Virus record (IMG/VR): IMGVR_UViG_3300022745_000628
Coordinates: 64,001 to 128,000 of that record
DNA: 64,000 bases
Origin: a virus
Reading direction: 5' to 3' (one strand)
In this document: piece after piece, positions 8,973 through 18,305 of the stretch
How positions within the stretch are numbered: position 1 is the stretch's first letter
Layout of the letters: the number at the start of each line of letters is the position of its first letter
The notes under the pieces: model-generated
What the model was told of the DNA's origin: nothing
Database searches by the model: none
Seen by the model: only the letters and a program-made list of their open reading frames with translations
Position numbers and translations under genes: made by a program

Positions 8973-11822
8973 ATGTCGCAAGAATTAACTGTCGGGCAAT
9001 TATTAATCGATCAGGCACTACCGCCGTCTATGCGCGGAGTGCCGCGGACGCTAGACGCCAAAGGCGTTAGCGCATTATTCCAGGAATTGGCTGAGCAACA
9101 TCCCGATGCATACCGCGATATAGGTAAAAAGATATCGGATATCGGCAGAGATGCCGCTACCATATCCGGTGGCTTCACAAGCGGTATCGCGCACTTGCAG
9201 CAACCAGAAGCAGCTAAACGAATTCGTAAAGAATTCGATGCTAAACTTCAAGCAATATATGCGCAGCATCTTTCAGAAGATGAGAGAAATAAGCAAGTTA
9301 TTGCACTTGCCGGCACTACGCAACAACAAATGGCGGAAGAAGTATATCAAGAAGCGCTAGCAAATAAAAACCCGATTGCGTTACAAGCAATGACTGGCGT
9401 ACGCGGTAATAAGATGAACGTAAACAGTCTGTTAGGCGCAGACATGTTGTACGCAGACCATAAAAATCAGCCTATTCCCTTGCCGGTTACTAGAAGTTAT
9501 TCCATGGGGTTAACCCCTGCTGAATACATGGCTGGCGCATTCGGAGCGCGAAAAGGGACGGTAGATTTGAAGCTAAGTACCTCTAAAGCCGGGTTTCTTT
9601 GTTTAGATGCAGACACATTAGTGCGTATGGCAGATTTTTCTGTCAAAAAGATCTGTGATATATCTGCCGGTGACATGGTTATGGGGGCAGATTTAAAAGG
9701 TAATTGCTTCCCGAGCCATGTAATCGCGTTGATCGATACAGGTGTAAAACCAGTAAATCGATATGATTTTCGTTATGGAAAATCCAGATCCAAATTTATA
9801 TCGATCACTGGCACTGCTGAACATAAGGTATTAGCACGTAAAAGTACTAGGACAAGATCTAAGAAAGTTCGAGTGTATCCGGACGCAAGCAGGGAAATGG
9901 CTGAGTTAGGTTTATTTGGTAATACCGGCACTACCAAATGTGAATTAGTCGTAGCGCCTCTTGGCGAAGATATGCCGCTAGTAAACTGTGCCTTTCAAAT
10001 GGCCACACCGCTAGAACCAGCACAAACTTACGACATTTGCGTGGATAATCCGGATCATTTGTTTGTGTTGGCTAATGGCGCTATTGTTAGCAACTCCAAA
10101 CAATTGAACCAGATATCCCATCGATTAGTTGTTACAGATACAGACGGCGAAGCTCACGACCCCGAAAATCCGCGCGGTATGCCCGTAGACACGGATAACA
10201 AGTTTAACGCTGGTTCGTTGCTTGCCCACGATGTAGCTGGCTACAAACGAAACCAAATACTCACGCCCAAGATTTTGAAAGATATCAAATCGCAGGGACA
10301 CGACTCTATCTTGGTGCGCAGCCCTATTGTGGGCGGCCCAAAAGATGGCGGAGTTTACGCTTATGACGCCGGCGTGCGAGAACGCGGCGGATTGCCCCCA
10401 ATAGGCGACTTTGTGGGTTTAGCCGGAGCACAGTCAATCGGTGAAATCGCGACGCAAGCGTCTATATCCAGTAAGCACTGCTTAATGGGTGGAACTCTAG
10501 TACGAATGGCCGATTTGTCTGTAAAAGCTATAGAAGACATACGAGTTGGCGACCAGGTGTTAGGCGCCGACATGTTTGGAAAGAGCACGCCAGTCAAAGT
10601 AGTTAACACATTCGACAACGGAGAGCGTGAATGTTCGCAGTTCAAATATCAAAAAGGTGCTTCGGCTATCGAGCTATGCAGTACCGCTGAACACAAAATA
10701 TTAGTCGTTACACCGTACGGTAATGAATTATTGGCTGCCGGGGTGGAGCAAGATCCATTATTTGTAAAACTAGCGGATAGTGATGAAATTTGTGTACAAG
10801 ACTACTCCGTACCGTTAGGAATGCAGCCTACATACGATATTGAAGTAGATCACCCGGATCACTTATTTGTGTTGGCAAACGGATTAATAGTTAGCAATTC
10901 CGGCGGGGTTGTCGGAGCGCAAGCTGGGGCACTAACCGGGTTCCCGTTGTTTAACGCTTTAATACAGGTTCCGGAAGTATTCCCAGGTGGCGCAACGCAT
11001 GCCCAAAACGACGGGCGTGTGACGGATATTCGCCCAGCTCCGCAAGGCGGAACATTTGTAATGGTGGATGGACAAGAACACCATGTGCACAGCAACTTGA
11101 AACCTACGGTTAATCTCCGTGATATGGTTGAAGCTGGTGACGTATTGTCCGAAGGATTGCCTAGCCCCGCAGAATTTGTCAAACATAAAGGTGTAGGCGA
11201 AGGCCGCCGGCAGTTTGTTACGGCATTTTCAAAGGCGCTACAAGAAGCAGGTGCTAAACATAATCGGCGAAATGTCGAGTTGTTAGCGCGCGGAGCTATA
11301 AACCACGTCCGCCTAACTGACGAATACGGTAATTTTTCTCCTGGCGAAGTACATCCGTATCAAACACTTGAAGCTATGTGGGAGCCTAGGGCTGGGTACA
11401 TAGCCGTAAGTCCGGAATCTAGTAAGAATTACTATCTAGAAAAACCGGTATTACATTACACAATCGGCACAAAGATTAAGCCGTCGATGATTGCCGAAAT
11501 GAAGAAGTACGGGGTTAAGCGCGTAATAGCCCACTCGGAGCCGCCTCCGTTTGAACCAGAAATGATTCGAGGTATGGCGTCGGTATCAGAAGATCCAGAC
11601 TGGATGACCAATATGTTCGGATCTTATCAAAAATCCAGCTTGTTAGACGCCGTGCACAATTCAAGAGAATCTGATGAATCCGGTACCAGTTACATACCAG
11701 CGCTAGCGCATGGTAAAACGTTCGGGATCTCTGGAGCAACAAAAGGTTGGAATCCAAAGGAATCGCCGATTAAACCGCCGGATTTTACACAACCGAAAAC
11801 TGTGTTAGACGATTGGGACTGA
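8973..11822 (+). CDS. rpoC: RNA polymerase beta' C-terminal half with two inteins
   Basis: LTVGQLL, NPIALQAMTGVRG, SYSMGLTPAEY..AFGARKGTVDLKLSTSKAGFL (bridge helix), AQSIGEIATQASISSKH (trigger loop), LTGFPLF, RRNVELLAR; 644 aa after removal of both inteins. Confidence 0.92.
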   Translation: MSQELTVGQLLIDQALPPSMRGVPRTLDAKGVSALFQELAEQHPDAYRDIGKKISDIGRDAATISGGFTSGIAHLQQPEAAKRIRKEFDAKLQAIYAQHLSEDERNKQVIALAGTTQQQMAEEVYQEALANKNPIALQAMTGVRGNKMNVNSLLGADMLYADHKNQPIPLPVTRSYSMGLTPAEYMAGAFGARKGTVDLKLSTSKAGFLCLDADTLVRMADFSVKKICDISAGDMVMGADLKGNCFPSHVIALIDTGVKPVNRYDFRYGKSRSKFISITGTAEHKVLARKSTRTRSKKVRVYPDASREMAELGLFGNTGTTKCELVVAPLGEDMPLVNCAFQMATPLEPAQTYDICVDNPDHLFVLANGAIVSNSKQLNQISHRLVVTDTDGEAHDPENPRGMPVDTDNKFNAGSLLAHDVAGYKRNQILTPKILKDIKSQGHDSILVRSPIVGGPKDGGVYAYDAGVRERGGLPPIGDFVGLAGAQSIGEIATQASISSKHCLMGGTLVRMADLSVKAIEDIRVGDQVLGADMFGKSTPVKVVNTFDNGERECSQFKYQKGASAIELCSTAEHKILVVTPYGNELLAAGVEQDPLFVKLADSDEICVQDYSVPLGMQPTYDIEVDHPDHLFVLANGLIVSNSGGVVGAQAGALTGFPLFNALIQVPEVFPGGATHAQNDGRVTDIRPAPQGGTFVMVDGQEHHVHSNLKPTVNLRDMVEAGDVLSEGLPSPAEFVKHKGVGEGRRQFVTAFSKALQEAGAKHNRRNVELLARGAINHVRLTDEYGNFSPGEVHPYQTLEAMWEPRAGYIAVSPESSKNYYLEKPVLHYTIGTKIKPSMIAEMKKYGVKRVIAHSEPPPFEPEMIRGMASVSEDPDWMTNMFGSYQKSSLLDAVHNSRESDESGTSYIPALAHGKTFGISGATKGWNPKESPIKPPDFTQPKTVLDDWD
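9600..10094 (+). mobile_element. Mini-intein 1 (165 aa) in the bridge helix
   Basis: Starts CLDADTLVRMAD, block B TAEHK, ends HLFVLANGAIVSN; +1 extein residue Ser; flanks AGFL/SKQL align to SGYL/TRRL. Confidence 0.9.
10479..10898 (+). mobile_element. Mini-intein 2 (140 aa) in the trigger loop
   Basis: Starts CLMGGTLVRMAD, TAEHK, ends HLFVLANGLIVSN; +1 Ser; flanks SSKH/SGG align to RTFH/IGG. Confidence 0.9.
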
Positions 11823-11927
11823 TCCACGCTAGGTGTGCAAGCCTTAAGTTTAAGCCGCATTTTTATTGTTAAGATGCGGTAAACTATAAAAAGGTACATC
11901 TCACATTTTTACCGCAGAACAAATACG

Positions 11928-14177
11928 ATGCCCCTTCAAAAGAAACTGGCGTTCAACCTAAATACCAATGGTAATACCGGGTTTGAACAATCCTTCGCAA
12001 ACCTGGCTCATGCGTACCTGAAAGATGCTGCTCCTAGTCTGATGGACCATGAGCTGGGTTTTCAATTACTGGACACCAACGAAGAAAACACTCGCGCAGT
12101 CGGTGTTTTTGGATTCATGGTGGGCTCTCAGGTGCTATACGCACCGGTATTTTTCTTAAACGGCGACTTGAAAGGTAACGAGCTACTGTACGTTAAGTCC
12201 AATGATATGTTCACGCCGCTGAAAGAAGGCTGGCTGCAATATATTATGAACCGTAAGCCTCAATCGCTGGGAGAGCCTGGAGACCCGTCGTCTATTAATC
12301 CGTCAATCCGTCGACCGGATTTGAGTCAGTTCTATCAAACACCTGGAAAAATCGCTAGCCACGTAGCAGACTTCGCTATTGAGTTCTTGCCAAGCTACGC
12401 AGCGATCACGACAGCTGAATTTGCGAAAGAAGCTGAGGATCTTCGCGGGCTGATATCTGAGAAGTTCAATCTCGATCGATTTATGAAGTCGGCGAGCTCA
12501 GACGATCTTAAAGTGCTTTGTGACACACTGGAATCAAATTCGACGATTGCCGGACGATTCGCCGAATGGTACGGTTTTGACAAGTTGGCGGAAGCTGTCA
12601 AGCGTGCTAAGCAAGACGAGACCCAGCCATCGGCGTTGGATTTGCCAGATATTTCCAATCCAGACCTGTTCTTCGAACCAAGCAAATTGGATGTCTATTT
12701 GGACGTAGACAGCATGCCTGGCGACGCAACGGATCCAGAAAAGGAATATTTCTACTCTCATAACATATTGGTACGAGATAACCGTAAAGTTGAAGAGCAC
12801 GCCAAAGTTCTGGACGAAAGTTCGGATATCAAACTGAGCAATCCAAACTCTACCGGTAAATACCAAGTTCTGGATAAAACTGGCTTGACCGTAGAACGCG
12901 TTGTGCTCAGCCGACCGATCGGACCTAACTCGGTTACTGAAAAGGTGGCTATCCTCGATCCAAGCGGCGACGTACGCTTGGTCTTTAAGCGCGACGCGGT
13001 GTTTGTGGTTAACGATGGAAAAGACGCTCAGAAGGCATTTTCAGACTGGTGGGCCACTGTCGGTTCTAACAGCGTAGATCGTAACAGTACGTATATTGCC
13101 GTTACAAAAGACGGCGTATCTAGCATTCCGTTTGTTATCGAGCGTTCGCTCGGCAAGGCTGCCGACGGCTCGTCTGCTTATGAGATCTCGTTCAAAGGTT
13201 CGGAATCCTGGGATACCTACGACAGCTCTACAAAAAGCAAGGATGGTCAGCGATTTGTAAGTAACAATTCTCGAGAGTACCTGTATATCGGCTCGAAAGC
13301 CGATTCCAAGCTGCACGTACATGAAGGATCGATATACGCGCCGGCGCAAGCTAAATTCATTAAAGTTGATCCGTATCCTGACAGCGATGCGTTTGTACCT
13401 GGCGATATTCACGACGCGCAACGACGATTGCAGCGTGGAACTATCAAGGTGAAAGCTACCCGCGACGCAAATCGTTATGCCATCGACGGACAAGAAATGG
13501 TTTCCAAACAAGCTGCACTTAAGACTTTGGTGCTTAAGTACCGCTTAGGATTTGATTCGGCTAAAGATGTATTGTCCAAGTTGGCTACCGCGGCTCCGAG
13601 AGCTAACTATGCTTTCCGGATCAAACTAGCTGATCCGATGTTGACCGATAACGCGCAACATTCGTTTGGCGTGGACTTTACCCCGCAAACTGACCGTAGC
13701 ACGAACTTCATGAATTTCCAAGGTAGTATGGCTCCGTCCAGCGAGCAGCGCAGCACAATTTCAGAATTGTCCGGTGCCAACTCGGATTTGTCCGGATACA
13801 ACATTTTGACAGAAGGTCGCAACGCAGTTAAGAGCTACGTGCAAAATGCTGCGGATCGTGGAGATAAAGACATATTCGATGTCGGTATGCTATCGTCGTT
13901 GCTTAAGGCAGTTAAGGATGACATGATCATCGATCAATACATCCCAGACCTGATGAAAGCAATGGATAAACTCGGCCGGCTGTTATTCCAATATTATTGG
14001 CATTACGACAAGTTTTCGGCGAGGTTCGGCAAGTCAGATATGCCAGAATTGGAAGACGCTTTGCGTAACAGTTTCGAAATGTTGTCGGAAGTTATACTGT
14101 TCTTGAAGAACAAGACAATCGATCCGTACGCTGAAAACGACACTCCAGACATTTCCCTTAACACATCGGCTGCTTAA
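11928..14177 (+). CDS. Large head-module protein of unknown function
   Basis: 749-aa ORF, first gene of the head cluster; at least 7 K-x-A motifs. Confidence 0.7.
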   Translation: MPLQKKLAFNLNTNGNTGFEQSFANLAHAYLKDAAPSLMDHELGFQLLDTNEENTRAVGVFGFMVGSQVLYAPVFFLNGDLKGNELLYVKSNDMFTPLKEGWLQYIMNRKPQSLGEPGDPSSINPSIRRPDLSQFYQTPGKIASHVADFAIEFLPSYAAITTAEFAKEAEDLRGLISEKFNLDRFMKSASSDDLKVLCDTLESNSTIAGRFAEWYGFDKLAEAVKRAKQDETQPSALDLPDISNPDLFFEPSKLDVYLDVDSMPGDATDPEKEYFYSHNILVRDNRKVEEHAKVLDESSDIKLSNPNSTGKYQVLDKTGLTVERVVLSRPIGPNSVTEKVAILDPSGDVRLVFKRDAVFVVNDGKDAQKAFSDWWATVGSNSVDRNSTYIAVTKDGVSSIPFVIERSLGKAADGSSAYEISFKGSESWDTYDSSTKSKDGQRFVSNNSREYLYIGSKADSKLHVHEGSIYAPAQAKFIKVDPYPDSDAFVPGDIHDAQRRLQRGTIKVKATRDANRYAIDGQEMVSKQAALKTLVLKYRLGFDSAKDVLSKLATAAPRANYAFRIKLADPMLTDNAQHSFGVDFTPQTDRSTNFMNFQGSMAPSSEQRSTISELSGANSDLSGYNILTEGRNAVKSYVQNAADRGDKDIFDVGMLSSLLKAVKDDMIIDQYIPDLMKAMDKLGRLLFQYYWHYDKFSARFGKSDMPELEDALRNSFEMLSEVILFLKNKTIDPYAENDTPDISLNTSAA

Positions 14178-14179
14178 CT

Positions 14180-14629
14180 ATGAGTCAGATCCCCTGGACG
14201 CTACAACCTGTACAATTCGACGATTTGGTTGCCGAAACCTGGCAAGTTGTCAAGTTAAAGGTACCGTGCCGCGGTGATGTTCGTTCGCTACTTGTAACAA
14301 ATATCACCGATGCAGACGCCGAGGTGTCGATCGAATTGTTTACACTGGAAGGGGCCGCGTATGCAGCATACGAATTGACTCCGCCAGATGACGTTGTTCC
14401 GTACACAGGGTCAGCACCGCACGGTTATTCGGTAACTGGTAGCGTGATCACCGGGCAAGGTGGATCCGCTACCATAGCGTCCGGAAGTGCGTATCCTTAT
14501 GCTAATTGCGACGGCTCCCGAACACAGCCAGAATACCAACTTTGGCTGGCTATCAATCCCGGTACCGGGGGCGAAGGGGTTGCCACTGTCGTGGTCTCCG
14601 GAATGTTCGCACCAGTTGGCATCTACTAA
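14180..14629 (+). CDS. Hypothetical beta-rich virion protein
   Basis: 149-aa ORF tightly coupled to neighbours. Confidence 0.55.
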   Translation: MSQIPWTLQPVQFDDLVAETWQVVKLKVPCRGDVRSLLVTNITDADAEVSIELFTLEGAAYAAYELTPPDDVVPYTGSAPHGYSVTGSVITGQGGSATIASGSAYPYANCDGSRTQPEYQLWLAINPGTGGEGVATVVVSGMFAPVGIY

Positions 14630-14634
14630 AAACC

Positions 14635-15591
14635 GTGAAATTAGAACATTATCTGGATTCCGCCAACCGAGCTCCGGATTGGCGGTGGCAGAGAGCTGTA
14701 AACATTCAAGATAATAACGACTTAGCGGCATCTAGAAGTCGAGATGGTTTTCCAGGGTTTTCGTTGATTAAAGAGGCGGCGTCCTTCCGCAGTTATTACG
14801 CTCGTGCTAACAACATGGGAGAATTTCGGGCGGTGATGGAACGATTTCCGCATATATTTCGAGCACACCAGCTATATTCCGATAACACCGATCGTTTACG
14901 CTATGCGCTGGAAGCTAATCTACTTACTGAGCGCAATTCGCTCGAAATAGCCCATTTGCTGAATCTTCCAAAAGAGACGGTGGATATGTATGAAGGGGTG
15001 TTTTTTAATGTTAAACCGTATCTACAAAATAAGCAGTATCTACTGCACTGCGTGATTAAACCAACGTTCGACGAAAACACTTATATGCGCGAATACGATT
15101 TTCTATGGAAATTGTATGCATTATTTCTTGGGCCATATGTATTGGACGCTATGCAGTCTATGTTCCCAAATCCGGTGTATTGTCACTCTCCGGATAACGT
15201 TGTACCGGTACTAAGAGACGATACTATGGACACAGCAAGTCTTAGAGCATCCATAGCTGCCAAGACTCTGAAGTTCACAGAACAGAACAAATTGCCGGTT
15301 CTTGAGCTATTTGCCAAGCTTACAGCTATTGCTCGAGATGCCGAAGCGGGCGGTAAATCTCAAGATTCTATGCTGGCGGCCGTGCAAAGCGTATTTGAAC
15401 ATATGCAATTACATATCGGACGCCATGCATTAACAAGTGATAATAAGGCACTAACTTATGATAAAAGTGCGGTAGAATTGAATATCACAGAGTTAACGCA
15501 AGTATCGTTATACGGCGGACTACCGGATAATGACTCTGTTCCAGATATTAGTTTTGATAAACTGATAGAAGAGAACAACTCTAGACGGTAA
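14635..15591 (+). CDS. Hypothetical helical protein (GTG start inferred)
   Basis: Track start 14506 overlaps the upstream gene by 124 nt; in-frame GTG at 14635 lies 5 nt after the upstream stop. Confidence 0.6.
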   Translation: MKLEHYLDSANRAPDWRWQRAVNIQDNNDLAASRSRDGFPGFSLIKEAASFRSYYARANNMGEFRAVMERFPHIFRAHQLYSDNTDRLRYALEANLLTERNSLEIAHLLNLPKETVDMYEGVFFNVKPYLQNKQYLLHCVIKPTFDENTYMREYDFLWKLYALFLGPYVLDAMQSMFPNPVYCHSPDNVVPVLRDDTMDTASLRASIAAKTLKFTEQNKLPVLELFAKLTAIARDAEAGGKSQDSMLAAVQSVFEHMQLHIGRHALTSDNKALTYDKSAVELNITELTQVSLYGGLPDNDSVPDISFDKLIEENNSRR

Positions 15592-15617
15592 AACCTTTGT
15601 AGTACGGATAATGACTA

Positions 15618-16925
15618 ATGGCACGTTTGGACGCGGCTACCGAAAACAAATTGATGCAAGCTGTTGAAAAAACGGCGAGTCTTGTCGAATGCGAAGGACT
15701 TCATCCGACAAAGGCTTTGGAAAAGGTTGCGCGGGATGCTTCCCTAACCCGCGGAGCTATTGAAATTGTGGCGCGAGCCTACAATACCGGTAAATCAAAT
15801 GCTATCAGGGAATCTGGCTCTGACGTATTTGAAAAGAGCGCTTCTTTCGAAAGTGCTGACTCGGCAGCTGTAATTAGCGCGATATTTCCGGAAGGCGAGA
15901 TTAAAACGGCTGCACCTAAGGTCGACGAAACAGCGTTTTCAATCGACTACTTTTGGGCACCGGAGTCCTTACTTCCCAAGAAAGCTGCTGCATCCAGTTG
16001 CATCAATTTCGAAGATTTGTTCCCAGCGCAAGCTACCAGTATCGAAAAAGATCCGCAACTGGTCCAAGCCGGCATCGCTAAACGCGCCGCATATCTCCAC
16101 CGACAAGTCCAATACTGGCAAACCGAGGCGGCTAACAACGCTCAAGAACAAATTGATGCGTTTTACAAGTTAGCTGCTTATTTCGATGCTGACGATTGTG
16201 ATCCGTACGAAAGTGTGTTGCGCGGCGTCCGAGCATTTGGCAGTCCTAGCGACGTGTTTATTATGGAAAAAGTCAAGCCGGAAGCTCCGACGCGACTTTG
16301 GCACGCTAAGAACGCCAATGCGGCTGTGCCAATTAATCGACAACATCAGGTGTTTGAATTGCTAGAAGCCGTCAAAACGGCTACAGCTAAATGTCAGTAT
16401 TCGCAATCTACGGTAACAAATATCGCTAACGGAATAGCCGAGCTTATAGCGGACGGACAACCGTTTCGTACAGACAGCGTGATTCCTGAACGGACTAAGG
16501 TAGCAGCTGGTATTAATCCGATATCTTTGCTCGGAATCAACGAATTGATGCGGATTATGAACAGCACCGGCGACGAGCTCGGAAATCATCGGCAAGGTGC
16601 AGCTGATTTCGAATCCGCAGCCGGCCAAAAAATGTTGGCCGACATCGGTACACCTGATCACGAACAAAACCTGCGCCGAATTGCGGTAAAGAGTAACCTG
16701 CAAAAGATTCTATCTAGCGACCCGATTTTGCGAGGCTATTCGCCACATGACGTGGCACAGGCCTTTAATCAATATGCTCAAATTTCGCCGACTACAATTG
16801 ATCGAGATCTGCCAACACGTATGGCGCTTCGTCGACAATTGAGTCAGGACGGCCTTGAAACATTTGACCAGCAGCAGATCGCAGACCTGGACAGCTCACT
16901 TAGAACCGGAAAGACCAGCAAGTAA
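15618..16925 (+). CDS. K-x-A-rich head core protein
   Basis: About 10 K-x-A motifs (EKTAS, EKSAS, IKTAA, AKRAA, TKVAA etc.). Confidence 0.65.
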   Translation: MARLDAATENKLMQAVEKTASLVECEGLHPTKALEKVARDASLTRGAIEIVARAYNTGKSNAIRESGSDVFEKSASFESADSAAVISAIFPEGEIKTAAPKVDETAFSIDYFWAPESLLPKKAAASSCINFEDLFPAQATSIEKDPQLVQAGIAKRAAYLHRQVQYWQTEAANNAQEQIDAFYKLAAYFDADDCDPYESVLRGVRAFGSPSDVFIMEKVKPEAPTRLWHAKNANAAVPINRQHQVFELLEAVKTATAKCQYSQSTVTNIANGIAELIADGQPFRTDSVIPERTKVAAGINPISLLGINELMRIMNSTGDELGNHRQGAADFESAAGQKMLADIGTPDHEQNLRRIAVKSNLQKILSSDPILRGYSPHDVAQAFNQYAQISPTTIDRDLPTRMALRRQLSQDGLETFDQQQIADLDSSLRTGKTSK

Positions 16926-18304
16926 TGGATCTAAGCAAAGTCGATTTGCAAACTGCCGCTGACGCACTTAAGAAATACGCGGCCGCTAAACAAGCAGACA
17001 TTGGCATGTCGGCACTCGGCGATGTCGGCATGGGCGGACTTATCGGGGCTGGACTAGGTGCTGGCGCGGGAGCTATTTACGAAGGTTTCCAGCCTGGCAA
17101 GAAAAAGAACTACCTGCAAAGAGCTATAACCGGGGCGGCCCTTGGTGGCACACTTGGCGCTGGCGCGGGAGCTGTTAAGAACTTAGTCACAGACTGGAAC
17201 ACACCTAAGCCAGATACAGACAGTTCCTTAATAAAGAAGCTTGAAGATGCGCATGCGGTTGGAGATATAGCCGCTTACAATGCACACCGTAAAGCTTTGG
17301 AAGACCGCGGTTTGAGCGTCAACAGTGATTCATTATTAGGATCTATTGCTAACAGCGCTACAACGCATAGCGTGAATAAAGACTTAATGGCCGGCGCCGT
17401 AGCATTTGCACCTACAGCCGCACGGCACTATCAAGCTGAAGCTGTTAACGGCAAAGAGATTATGAATCATGCTGTTCGCCGAGATGCTAACGGTAATGTG
17501 ATCCACAATGAATTTGCTGACCGCCTGCGTACTATGGCAGACGAGACCGCGCCAGTGCCAGATATATCGGCAGTTAATGCGGCTAAAACTGCACCGGTAA
17601 TCACTAAAGATGTTATCGATAATCGGCCAGCGCCAACAGCTGATCCGCTATCGGTTGTAGAAAAGACCGACCCTAATTTCGCACGGCGTGAAGCAGAACT
17701 TCACAAAAATATGCTGAACGCGATGAATAACGCTAAAAATTTAAATAATGATAGCGACGCGCTTAAGAAAATTCGCGGAGAAGCTGCGGACAACATGAAA
17801 CAAGTGCGTTTGGAAGCAGCCGCTGCTAAACACGACGTCAGTCAAATGGCTAGCAAGGACAAACTGTTTCAGCAGTTAAACGATGTACACGACAGCCAAG
17901 CGCAGTTAAAGCACAAAGAGAACATCCAAAAAGCGGAACTTAAGTACCAAGAAGATGTAGCGGCGCGAGAAGCCATGAAACGCGACGCAGAGCTTAAAGG
18001 CCGTAAGTTTGAGACCGCTACCATGCGCGACGGTAAAATATGGGATCCAACGGGTAAGCGTTTAAATGTGACCATGCGTCCACGAGCGCAGGGTGGTAAT
18101 GTCGAGCATGCTAAGCATATGGACGATATCCGAAGATCTGCAATCGGAGCTAAAAAAGATGTAGCGAAAGCTACAACTAAGGCCGAGCTGACTACTGGTA
18201 AGGGTCTTGGATCTGTAGGGTTGCGTGCATTGCTTGGCTATTTGGCAGGTGCTGGCGCAGAGGGTTTGTACAGTCATTTAACCATGCCGTCCACCGAAAA
18301 GTAA
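16925..18304 (+). CDS. Gly-zipper plus coiled-coil putative ejected/internal virion protein
   Basis: AKQA followed by GMGGLIGAGLGAGAGA and GAALGGTLGAGAGA; charged helical middle; hydrophobic C-terminal Gly-rich segment. Confidence 0.6.
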   Translation: MDLSKVDLQTAADALKKYAAAKQADIGMSALGDVGMGGLIGAGLGAGAGAIYEGFQPGKKKNYLQRAITGAALGGTLGAGAGAVKNLVTDWNTPKPDTDSSLIKKLEDAHAVGDIAAYNAHRKALEDRGLSVNSDSLLGSIANSATTHSVNKDLMAGAVAFAPTAARHYQAEAVNGKEIMNHAVRRDANGNVIHNEFADRLRTMADETAPVPDISAVNAAKTAPVITKDVIDNRPAPTADPLSVVEKTDPNFARREAELHKNMLNAMNNAKNLNNDSDALKKIRGEAADNMKQVRLEAAAAKHDVSQMASKDKLFQQLNDVHDSQAQLKHKENIQKAELKYQEDVAAREAMKRDAELKGRKFETATMRDGKIWDPTGKRLNVTMRPRAQGGNVEHAKHMDDIRRSAIGAKKDVAKATTKAELTTGKGLGSVGLRALLGYLAGAGAEGLYSHLTMPSTEK

Positions 18305-18305
18305 C

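Noticed and set aside
9600-10898. Homing endonuclease domains in the inteins
   Set aside because: Inteins are only 165 and 140 aa with no LAGLIDADG or HNH motif
963-11822. Host chromosomal rpoBC operon
   Set aside because: No ribosomal protein genes nearby; flanked by capsid and tail genes; motifs diverge from cellular consensus
11928-14177. Portal protein call
   Set aside because: Position is suggestive but no portal motif was recognised; left as unknown
14506-14634. Track N-terminal extension of the 361-aa ORF
   Set aside because: Overlaps the upstream gene and reads as non-protein-like; GTG 14635 is the more plausible start
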